NCBI GenBank assembly: GCA_964354405.1
Contig: CAYGZP010000001.1
Location: forward strand, 336,134-360,133
Reading direction: 5' to 3'
Origin: Candidatus Woesearchaeota archaeon
Lineage (GTDB): Archaea > Nanobdellota > Nanobdellia > Pacearchaeales > UBA284
DNA: 24,000 bases
Positions 8,012 to 14,246 of this stretch are shown in pieces. The stretch's first letter is position 1, and the number at the start of each line of letters is the position of its first letter. The notes under the pieces are model-generated. The model searched no databases. It saw only the letters and a list, made by a program, of their open reading frames with translations, and was not told the origin of the DNA. The translations under genes were made by a program, and so were the position numbers.

Positions 8012-8521
8012 TTAGCTTATTGTCAAGTCTATGTTCGCGCCTTTATTTTCTACCCATAACTTGTAAGGGATTTCAGCTGGCTGCAGCACTTTTGTTGTTT
8101 TCTCCCCGCCTGCAAAAGTCAAGTTAATCGCGCTATATTTTAACTTAAGCTCTATATTCCATCCGCTCGAGCCTTTGCTTGTAGTGACTTGAATATTGCT
8201 TATGTTTATTGCGACTCCGGGCTCGCTGTATTTGTAAATTGAATTGTTCAGCTGCCAAATCGTCTCATTCTTTGCCGCGTTTATAGTCAACAATCCTCTT
8301 GACATTTTGAACTCGTTCTTGAGCTTTGTTCCCTGAACCTGGCTCACTTGTTGTACTGTCGAGTCAATAGAATCTAGCATCATGATGCTCTGCTCGATAG
8401 TCGCTTTGTCTTTGGCACTGTTGATTCTTGGCATGACAGCCGCCACAACCATCCCCACAATCGCCAAGCTAATCAAGATATACAAAACAGTAGAAACCCA
8501 AATCGCTCCTCGCTTTTCCAT
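8012..8521 (-). CDS. Class III signal-peptide (type IV pilin-like) protein, P5
   Basis: The N-terminus is MEKRG|AIWVSTVLYILISLAIVGMVVAAV: a short basic leader, then G/A, then ~22 hydrophobic residues. It is the last gene of a five-gene same-strand pilin-like run. Confidence 0.6.
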   Translation of the reverse strand: MEKRGAIWVSTVLYILISLAIVGMVVAAVMPRINSAKDKATIEQSIMMLDSIDSTVQQVSQVQGTKLKNEFKMSRGLLTINAAKNETIWQLNNSIYKYSEPGVAINISNIQVTTSKGSSGWNIELKLKYSAINLTFAGGEKTTKVLQPAEIPYKLWVENKGANIDLTIS

Positions 8522-8542
8522 TTTGTTTTGTTAACTGAGTTG

Positions 8543-9022
8543 TTAGCACTTACTTACTGGTATGCTTCGAATGTCACAAGTTATCTCATTGCCCTTTGAC
8601 GGTTTTAGAACCGGCGCAATCGCAACTGTAGTTACATTAATGTTAGCAGCAACAAAGTCTAAGTCAGTTATAAAATTAAGGGTTGTTGTACTTTCTTCAC
8701 CAGGATTATTTGGGATATCGTCTCCGCTAAGTTCTTTTGTTTTAGTTGTTGTTGCATCGCTCACAGAAATTCGGATTTTTGTTAGATTAATATCCTCATT
8801 ACCGTTCCACACCATCTTCAGTGTTAAATCTGTTGTGTTGTAGCAAGTCGCCCCAGGATCGAGCTGAATCCCGTTTGCCTTGAAGCAAACATCCGCGGTT
8901 CCAAGCTGTTTTTGCACAAATGGAACAACAAACGCGATGATTAAAGCAACTGCTGCAATTGTTATAACTATAAGCAACACTGTGGCAATAACTGGTTCAA
9001 TACCTTTTTTATTTTTCATCAT
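8543..9022 (-). CDS. Archaeal type IV pilin-like protein, P4
   Basis: The N-terminus MMKNKKG|IEPVIATVLLIVITIAAVALI matches the archaeal pilin N-terminal domain (..G.sPVIatvLLi.it.a) as I recall it. The remainder is Thr/Asn-rich and probably extracellular. Confidence 0.75.
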   Translation of the reverse strand: MMKNKKGIEPVIATVLLIVITIAAVALIIAFVVPFVQKQLGTADVCFKANGIQLDPGATCYNTTDLTLKMVWNGNEDINLTKIRISVSDATTTKTKELSGDDIPNNPGEESTTTLNFITDLDFVAANINVTTVAIAPVLKPSKGNEITCDIRSIPVSKC

Positions 9023-9051
9023 TTTTAGTTTTTTATTTATTTAAAAGAATT

Positions 9052-9477
9052 TTAAATGTTAGTGCAAGGGATTGTTTTAGTTTGCTGTGCGCATGGAGCT
9101 TCTCTCTGAACTCCGGACTGGGTTGTGCCAAGCAAATAAGGCACTATCTTTATATTTTTAGTGCAAGTTACAGAAGTTTGTCCACTCGCCGCAGGCATCA
9201 ATTGTCCTATGTCATTAGCATTAGCATCCTTGCCATCACCATAAATTTTTAATTGATTTATAGTAGTGCTGCCGGTGTTTGTAACTTGTAATGCCCCTCC
9301 GCTATACATCGCAGTATAACTTACAGAGGTGCAGACAGTTTCGATTGGAGTTCCATATTTCAATATTGCTTCTTTTTGGAATCCTCTCAACCATAAGAAT
9401 ATCAACAAGAATAGAGCTATGGCAACTACAATTAATAACACAGTTGCAATTACCGGCGATATCCCTTTTTTCTCCAT
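9052..9477 (-). CDS. Archaeal type IV pilin-like protein, P3
   Basis: The N-terminus is MEKKG|ISPVIATVLLIVVAIALFLLI. It has its own TATA box at 9500-9507, centred 26 nt upstream of ATG 9477. Confidence 0.75.
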   Translation of the reverse strand: MEKKGISPVIATVLLIVVAIALFLLIFLWLRGFQKEAILKYGTPIETVCTSVSYTAMYSGGALQVTNTGSTTINQLKIYGDGKDANANDIGQLMPAASGQTSVTCTKNIKIVPYLLGTTQSGVQREAPCAQQTKTIPCTNI

Positions 9478-9499
9478 CGTATTTATATTGAGTTTTAGA

Positions 9500-9507
9500 T
9501 TTAAATA
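9500..9507 (-). promoter_or_regulatory. TATA box (TATTTAAA) for pilin-like gene P3
   Basis: The box centre is ~26 nt upstream of ATG 9477, adjacent to the stop of P2. Confidence 0.45.
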
Positions 9508-9512
9508 ACTTA

Positions 9513-10046
9513 CTAAGCAGTGCTACCTCCACTACCACAGCCGCTTACTGGAACCTTGACGACTGCATTGCTGCAAAGCTGGAGCTCATTCTTCTCATTA
9601 ATTTTCACAGGATAAATAACTAATTTGTTAATTCTTGTGTAGCTCGCGTAACTTAGACTGCTTGTGATATTTTCATTCACTCCAAAACAATCGTTGCCGC
9701 AGCTCACGCAGTTAGACATGCCCATGCAATCAGGAAGAAACAATAATGAATCATATTCAAATTCGTTGGAAGAATTTATTATCTTTAGTCTTACTCCTGT
9801 GACACTGTGCAATCCTCTGTTTTTCAACTCAAAAGAGAAAATGCCGCCGGAGCAGCTATAATTTTCTAAAACTATATTGACACTCTCGGGACATCCTTCT
9901 TCAGCTAGTGGATGCTCAGCATATGGTTTGATAAAAAACCAGAAGGCCGCTGCCATTGCCAAGGCCAAGGTAATCAACAGCACATATGAAATTAACTCGC
10001 TGATTCCTTTCTTATTCTTTCTCATCACAAACATATTTCTCTCCAT
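9513..10046 (-). CDS. Class III signal-peptide (pilin-like) protein, P2, Cys-rich ectodomain
   Basis: The sequence ...MRKNKKG|ISELISYVLLITLALAMAAAFWF is followed by 10 Cys. The start is ambiguous among ATGs at 10046, 10034 and 10025, and GGAG precedes 10034. It overlaps the 3' end of P1. Confidence 0.65.
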   Translation of the reverse strand: MERNMFVMRKNKKGISELISYVLLITLALAMAAAFWFFIKPYAEHPLAEEGCPESVNIVLENYSCSGGIFSFELKNRGLHSVTGVRLKIINSSNEFEYDSLLFLPDCMGMSNCVSCGNDCFGVNENITSSLSYASYTRINKLVIYPVKINEKNELQLCSNAVVKVPVSGCGSGGSTA

Positions 10047-10560
10047 CTTTTTCCTCGAGCGCTACGAAATAAAACCGATTATCCTCAGCAAGCTCATATT
10101 GTTTATTAATTTTTTCACTTGATATTGTTATTTGATTATCAGTAAAAGTTTTGATACACCCTGTCATTTGATTAAATGGGCAGTTCCCATCTAATTGTTG
10201 ATTATTGACATCAACTGAAAAACCCAGATAATTGAAAAGTTCAGCCTCTCCATCCTTTCCATAAACATATAACAGTTTGAACTCTGGCGCGCTTACATTC
10301 GTGTAGTTCAAGAATTGAATTGTGAATTCTTTGATTGCTTCTTTTTCATCTCCTTGACTCTCTATAGCATATTTGCTGACTTCTGAAATTTCTTCTTTAT
10401 AGTTTTGACATATGGTTTGAAACTTTTTCCTTGCTACATTTTCCTTGTCTTCATAAGTGGCATTCCATATAACTGCAGTGCTTAATATTATAATCCCAAG
10501 AATTGCTGCGCCGACGATAAAAAACTGCGCTTTTTTGTTTTTCCCTCTTTTTCCTGTCAT
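10012..10560 (-). CDS. Putative class III signal-peptide protein, P1
   Basis: I prefer ATG 10560 (MTGKRGKNKKA|QFFIVGAAILGIIILSTAVIW). The track's TTG start at 10644 would run through the structured RNA gene. Confidence 0.55.
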   Translation of the reverse strand: MTGKRGKNKKAQFFIVGAAILGIIILSTAVIWNATYEDKENVARKKFQTICQNYKEEISEVSKYAIESQGDEKEAIKEFTIQFLNYTNVSAPEFKLLYVYGKDGEAELFNYLGFSVDVNNQQLDGNCPFNQMTGCIKTFTDNQITISSEKINKQYELAEDNRFYFVALEEKDGEKYVCDEKE

Positions 10561-10567
10561 TTTTTTA

Positions 10568-10836
10568 AGCGGCAGGTTCGAAGATTTGCTTCTATACTTC
10601 TTAACAAGCTTCCCTAACTTTTCCTCGGCCTTGCAACCCCGCAAGCACCTTAACCCTAAATTAGGGCTGCCCTCTTCCGAGACTGACCCGTTTCATTAAG
10701 GCAAGATCAAGCAGGACAAGACGTCAACGTCCAAGTCAGGACCCATTAACAAGCATATGACTCATCCTCTTACAGCCCGCCATAAAGCCCGTTTGCGAAC
10801 GGCGTAGGGCTAGTACGCCAGCCTAACCTGCCAAGG
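10568..10836 (-). ncRNA. Signal recognition particle (7S/SRP) RNA, candidate
   Basis: GC-rich island. The minus strand carries a helix-8-like hairpin GGG-UCAG-UCUC-GGAA-GAGG-GCAG-CCC, preceded by UGAAAC. Five nested long-range pairings form a helix-5-like rod: 10825-32:10571-78, 10764-69:10580-85, 10751-57:10593-99, 10742-49:10601-08, 10733-40:10613-20. A TATA box lies at 10854-10861. The ends are approximate. Confidence 0.65.
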
Positions 10837-10853
10837 GCTAAAAGAACTTCAAA

Positions 10854-10861
10854 CTTTTAAA
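10854..10861 (-). promoter_or_regulatory. TATA box (TTTAAAAG) for the SRP RNA candidate
   Basis: The box centre is ~26 nt upstream of the first paired segment (GGCAGGUU, 10832 downward). Confidence 0.45.
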
Positions 10862-10879
10862 GATTACTATTTGCTTTGT

Positions 10880-11677
10880 TTAGTGTGTCGAGTGATCTAT
10901 CACTATCTCGAGCTTCGCAAGATTGTTGTTCACTTCTATAGCACAGGCATATCCGTCAGCAAATGAATTGCAGTACTCTTTGTTGTTCAAAGGATCCTCG
11001 GCAAAAACACTGTATTTTCCGTTCACAAGTCTGACATAGTAGTATCCGTATTTATCGGATTCTACAATCATCACTGGATTTCCTGGATTTTTCAAATAAG
11101 TTCCTTCCATTTCGCTTTCTCTCACTGCTTTGTATATCTTTACTTTTGTCTCCAAGAACCTTTTTGAGCAACTTGGGCCTATTGGAAGCATGCAATCTCC
11201 AGAAGCCAATGTAACAAAGCCATAAACTCCTGTAGGTATTGCGCTTATCTTACAATCTTCAAGACAGTTGCAATAGTTCTCGCCCAATCCGCAGATGCCA
11301 TCGCCGCAGTTTATGCAGACACTTGCGCCGACAAGTATGCATCCTTCGCATTCTCCGTCGTGGTTCAAGACACAGTTCATGTCATAGTTCCCGCCGTTTT
11401 GCAAGCCTTCACAGCATTCCACATCAGGAATCACTGGGATATAAGCTCCCTCTGGATAGCAGCAGTCTTCGCCGCAATTAGTGTGGTTCTCGCCCTGTTC
11501 GCAAACTCCGTTTCCACACACTGGCACTGTCGGGGTTTCTGGAGTCTCTGGAAAGATTTTGAAAGGAATCACAAAGAAAATCAAAGTCAACACTGCTAAA
11601 AGAAACACTACCATAATCACTACAGATACACTCTTCTTACTTTTTTCCTTTTTCTCTACACTCTTTTTTTCTTTCAT
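10880..11677 (-). CDS. N-terminally anchored Cys-rich surface protein with two CG(N/D)G.C..GEN..NC.EDC modules and a C-terminal beta-sandwich-like (carboxypeptidase-regulatory-like) region
   Basis: The protein begins MKEKKSVEKKEKSKKS, followed by a TM helix (VVIMVVFLLAVLTLIFFVI). The two modules are CGNGVCEQGENHTNCGEDC and CGDGICGLGENYCNCLEDC. The C-terminal part has GVYGFVTL...ESDKYGYYYVRLVNGKYSVFAED. I prefer ATG 11677 over the track TTG at 11695. Confidence 0.75.
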   Translation of the reverse strand: MKEKKSVEKKEKSKKSVSVVIMVVFLLAVLTLIFFVIPFKIFPETPETPTVPVCGNGVCEQGENHTNCGEDCCYPEGAYIPVIPDVECCEGLQNGGNYDMNCVLNHDGECEGCILVGASVCINCGDGICGLGENYCNCLEDCKISAIPTGVYGFVTLASGDCMLPIGPSCSKRFLETKVKIYKAVRESEMEGTYLKNPGNPVMIVESDKYGYYYVRLVNGKYSVFAEDPLNNKEYCNSFADGYACAIEVNNNLAKLEIVIDHSTH

Positions 11678-11741
11678 TTTTATTTTTTGATACAATCTTT
11701 TCTCTATATTCTTGATTAAATCTTCTTTCTAAGAAGATTTA

Positions 11742-11867
11742 TGCGGGAGGAAGGATTCGAACCTTCGAAGGGACTAACCCACAGGATTTCTTAAGTTTTT
11801 TGATTGAATCTTTTTTCTAAAAAGATTCTCTTAAGTCCTGCTCGTTTGACCACTCCGACACCCCCGC
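11742..11867 (-). tRNA. tRNA-Leu(UAA), intron-containing (84 nt mature, no encoded CCA)
   Basis: Acceptor stem GCGGGGG/CUCCCGC, anticodon stem CAGGA/UCCUG, loop CUUAAGA, long variable arm UGGGUUAGUCCCUUC, T arm GAAGG-UUCGAAU-CCUUC, discriminator A. A TATA box lies at 11891-11898. Confidence 0.9.
11788..11829 (-). other. 42-nt tRNA-Leu intron at the canonical 37/38 position
   Basis: It interrupts the anticodon loop after CUUAAG. The 3' part of the intron repeats ACUUAAGA, and the self-complementary CUUAAG can pair with the exon copy to form the splicing helix. Confidence 0.8.
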
Positions 11868-11890
11868 ATGCGAGAACTAAACAAAAAGAA

Positions 11891-11898
11891 TATATAAA
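11891..11898 (-). promoter_or_regulatory. TATA box (TTTATATA) for tRNA-Leu
   Basis: The box centre is ~27 nt upstream of tRNA position 1 (11867). Confidence 0.55.
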
Positions 11899-11914
11899 GT
11901 TTTTTAAGCAAAAC

Positions 11915-11922
11915 TTTTTAAA
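11915..11922 (+). promoter_or_regulatory. TATA box (TTTTTAAA) for the 11944 gene
   Basis: The box centre is 26 nt upstream of ATG 11944. Confidence 0.45.
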
Positions 11923-11943
11923 CATCTTTGATTTAATTTGGAT

Positions 11944-12384
11944 ATGGCTAAAAAAGAGGCAATAGATTTACTTTTAGAGAACACTATCGCATTGCAGAAA
12001 ACTCTTGCGAGCTTGGCAGCAGATTTAAAGACACTGAATAAGAAAATTTCAGATTTGCTCGAACTTTTTGAGAGCGCAAGCTCGGCATTCAAGGAAGGAA
12101 AAGCAGGCAAAACCGAGGGAATTCCTTCAGACATCGCAGGAAAAATGGATATGTTAGTGGAACAGAATAAAACCCTAGCCAAAGGACTGCTTTTACTCGA
12201 AAAAACCTTGCGAGGCAAAGAATCTAGTGAAACAGTTTCAATGATGCCTTCATCTTTTACAAGGACTCGGGCAACAAAACCATTAAAGAAAAAACCATTG
12301 CCTGAGGAAGAGGAAGAAGAAATCAAAGTTGAAACTTCAGATGAAGGGTATCAGTCACAGCCATTGCCCGAATTTAGTTTCTGA
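11944..12384 (+). CDS. Hypothetical coiled-coil protein with an acidic C-terminal region
   Basis: Heptad-like N-terminal half (LLLENTIALQKTLASLAADLKTLNKKISDLLELFE), then an EEEEEE stretch. I prefer ATG 11944 over the track TTG at 11938. The antisense ORF 11904-12326 is Ser/Phe-rich and artefact-like. Confidence 0.6.
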   Translation: MAKKEAIDLLLENTIALQKTLASLAADLKTLNKKISDLLELFESASSAFKEGKAGKTEGIPSDIAGKMDMLVEQNKTLAKGLLLLEKTLRGKESSETVSMMPSSFTRTRATKPLKKKPLPEEEEEEIKVETSDEGYQSQPLPEFSF

Positions 12385-12411
12385 TGAGTTATGGGCTAAG
12401 GAGAATAGGAA

Positions 12412-13200
12412 ATGCCAAAAACAAAAGGCGATTATGATAAAACATTTCTTGAAGAATTTGCAAAACAGATTGCTATTGCAAAACAAAAAGCTCAAAAAGA
12501 AGAGATAGAATTTGAAAAAGAAGAAGCTCCTGTTAAAGTTCGCGTTGCAAAGGAAAAAATAAGGAAAATTGGAGAGATCGAGAAAAAGATAATGCCCTCG
12601 CACTTGAAAGAAGCAGAGAGGCAGCAGATGCTCGCGCGTTTAAGAAAACTTTCTGTTGAAAGAGAGAAAGCTGCAGAACTAAGAGAGGAAGAGATAGCTG
12701 AGAGGGAGCCGATTCCAAAGCCGACTCCATCAGCGATGATTGCTCCCCCGACTGTTGAGTCTCAGCTTGTTCCCCCACCATATTACAAAATTCAGACTGT
12801 AGTTCCAATCCCATTGCCCCCAGCAGCTCCAAGAAGAACAATGCAAGCGCCCCAAGTCCCCCAAGCTCCTGCAGCTCCCAAAACTATTCAAAAGCCCAAA
12901 GTCTCACTTGCAACTTCCATTGATTTGGGCAAGTTGAACACATTTGTGCAGGATAAAACCATAACTTTGATACAATGCGACGGCGAAGGAGTCCCTATAA
13001 AAATTGTAAAACAAGGGAAAGTTTCAGAAACAGTAATCTCGCTCAATGAAACTGAGATAAAAGATATGGTGAAAAGGTTCGCAGACAGGACAAACCAGGC
13101 GATAACCGAGCCAATATTCAAAACACAGCTCGGAAATTTAGCTCTGACAGCTGTAACCTCGACTTTTACAGGTTCGCGTTTTGTTATTTCTAAGATATAA
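12412..13200 (+). CDS. Hypothetical protein: K/E-rich N-terminus, Pro-rich linker, and a C-terminal domain resembling the N-terminal domain of FlaI/PilB/VirB11-type secretion ATPases; no ATPase domain
   Basis: An AAGGAG SD lies 8 nt upstream. Residues ~170-262 (IDLGKLNTFVQDKTITLIQCDGEGVPIKIVKQGKVSETVISLNETEIKDMVKRFADRTNQAITEPIF...TGSRFVISKI) follow the pattern D..i.dI.cnG.g.pv.v...g...t.i.l..eel...v.r.a.r.g..i..P......GSr.tIRKf as I recall it. The ORF stops where the P-loop domain would begin. Confidence 0.5.
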   Translation: MPKTKGDYDKTFLEEFAKQIAIAKQKAQKEEIEFEKEEAPVKVRVAKEKIRKIGEIEKKIMPSHLKEAERQQMLARLRKLSVEREKAAELREEEIAEREPIPKPTPSAMIAPPTVESQLVPPPYYKIQTVVPIPLPPAAPRRTMQAPQVPQAPAAPKTIQKPKVSLATSIDLGKLNTFVQDKTITLIQCDGEGVPIKIVKQGKVSETVISLNETEIKDMVKRFADRTNQAITEPIFKTQLGNLALTAVTSTFTGSRFVISKI

Positions 13201-13259
13201 GAAAGGTTTATAAGAACCTTATGGTTATTTTTTTCTGCTTAGGGGGCGAGCAAGTTAAA

Positions 13260-14237
13260 ATGGCTAAGGAAAAAACAGGGGACATAGATTCAGCAATATG
13301 GACCGAGAAATACAGGCCCAAGACATTCTTAGATATAGTCGGGCATGAGGATATTGTTAAGCGCGCGAAAGCATTTGTCGAATCAAGGAACATGCCCCAT
13401 CTGTTGTTTGCGGGGCCAGCAGGCTGCGGCAAGACAACTTTAGCATTAATTGTGGCAAAACAATTTTTCAAGGACAAGTGGCATGAGAATTTTCTTGAGC
13501 TCAATGCAAGTGATGAGCGGGGAATTGATGTTGTAAGGCAGAAAGTGAAGGCATTTGCAAGAACCAAGTCACTTGGAGAGATTCCATTCAAGATTATTCT
13601 GTTAGATGAAAGCGATGCTTTGACAAAAGATGCTCAGCATGCTCTAAGAAGAATAATGGAGATGTTTACCACAACCTGCCGTTTCATTCTATCCTGCAAC
13701 GTCTCGAGCAAGATTATTGATCCCATACAATCGCGATGCGCAATCTTCAGATTCAGGCCAGTAGAAAAGAAAGATACAACCAAGATAATTGAGAGAATTT
13801 CCAAAGAAGAGGGTTTCAAGATAAATAATGAAGCTATCGAAGCTTTATTCAGCAAGAGCAATGGCGATTTAAGGCGAGTCATCAACCTGCTTCAGGCAAG
13901 CTCGAGCATTTCAAAGAATATCACGAAAGAAACATTATATGAAGTCATAAGCGAGGCTCAGCCCCACGAAGTCAAAAGCATCTTGGAAACCGCGCTCAAA
14001 GGCAACTTTCTTGACGCCCGAGAAAAGCTGCTTGAGACAATGTTAAAAAGAAGTCTGGGAGGCTTGGACATGATTAAAGCAATATCACAAGAGCTATGGA
14101 ACTTGAATATCAAAGAAGAGGATAAAATAAGATTAATAGAAAAATGCGGAGAGATTGAGTTCAGACTTGTCGAGGGAAGCGATGAATTTATCCAGCTCGA
14201 AGCTCTCCTCGCGTCTTTCATTTCTGTCAAAAAGTGA
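13260..14237 (+). CDS. rfcS: Replication factor C small subunit
   Basis: Motifs WTEKYRPKTFLDIVGHE, Walker A GPAGCGKTT, LELNASDERGID, Walker B LLDESDALT and SRC (IQSRCAIFRF) are present. I prefer ATG 13260 (MAKEKTGD...) to 13221. Confidence 0.9.
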   Translation: MAKEKTGDIDSAIWTEKYRPKTFLDIVGHEDIVKRAKAFVESRNMPHLLFAGPAGCGKTTLALIVAKQFFKDKWHENFLELNASDERGIDVVRQKVKAFARTKSLGEIPFKIILLDESDALTKDAQHALRRIMEMFTTTCRFILSCNVSSKIIDPIQSRCAIFRFRPVEKKDTTKIIERISKEEGFKINNEAIEALFSKSNGDLRRVINLLQASSSISKNITKETLYEVISEAQPHEVKSILETALKGNFLDAREKLLETMLKRSLGGLDMIKAISQELWNLNIKEEDKIRLIEKCGEIEFRLVEGSDEFIQLEALLASFISVKK

Positions 14238-14246
14238 GGTGAAAAG

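Noticed and set aside
9302-9538. 78-aa minus-strand ORF bridging the P3 start and P2 end
   Set aside because: It is out of frame with, and overlaps, two pilin-like genes that have clear signal peptides. It also spans their intergenic promoter.
10561-10644. N-terminal extension of the P1 ORF in the track (TTG start at 10644, MRGCKAEEKLGKLVKKYRSKSSNLPLKK...)
   Set aside because: It runs through the 3' strand of the structured SRP-like RNA and uses a TTG start. The internal ATG at 10560 instead gives a canonical short basic leader plus hydrophobic helix.
10568-10836. RNase P RNA as an alternative identity for the GC-rich RNA (CCGAGGAAAAGUUAGGG vaguely resembles the GAGGAAAGUCC CR-I motif)
   Set aside because: The motif sits near the 3' end rather than the 5' end. 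No ACAGAA..GGCUUA (CR-V) or GGUGAAA-type CR-II/III elements were found. The rod-like nested pairing plus the GGAA-capped helix fits SRP RNA better.
11904-12326. 140-aa minus-strand ORF antisense to the coiled-coil gene. Similar antisense ORFs occur at 419-757, 7506-7943, 12533-12841, 13208-13591, 13958-14230, 14810-15268, 20491-20871, 22004-22345 and 23277-23947.
   Set aside because: They have the Ser/Phe/Leu/Ile-rich, low-complexity composition typical of the reverse frame of Lys/Glu-rich AT-rich genes. Each lies fully inside a well-supported gene on the other strand, and none has promoter or SD signals.
13221-13259. Upstream ATG for rfcS (MVIFFCLGGEQVK...)
   Set aside because: The extension is hydrophobic and unlike RFC N-termini, and it begins only ~10 nt after a TATA-like box. 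MAKEKTGDIDSAIWTEKYRP from ATG 13260 matches the family.
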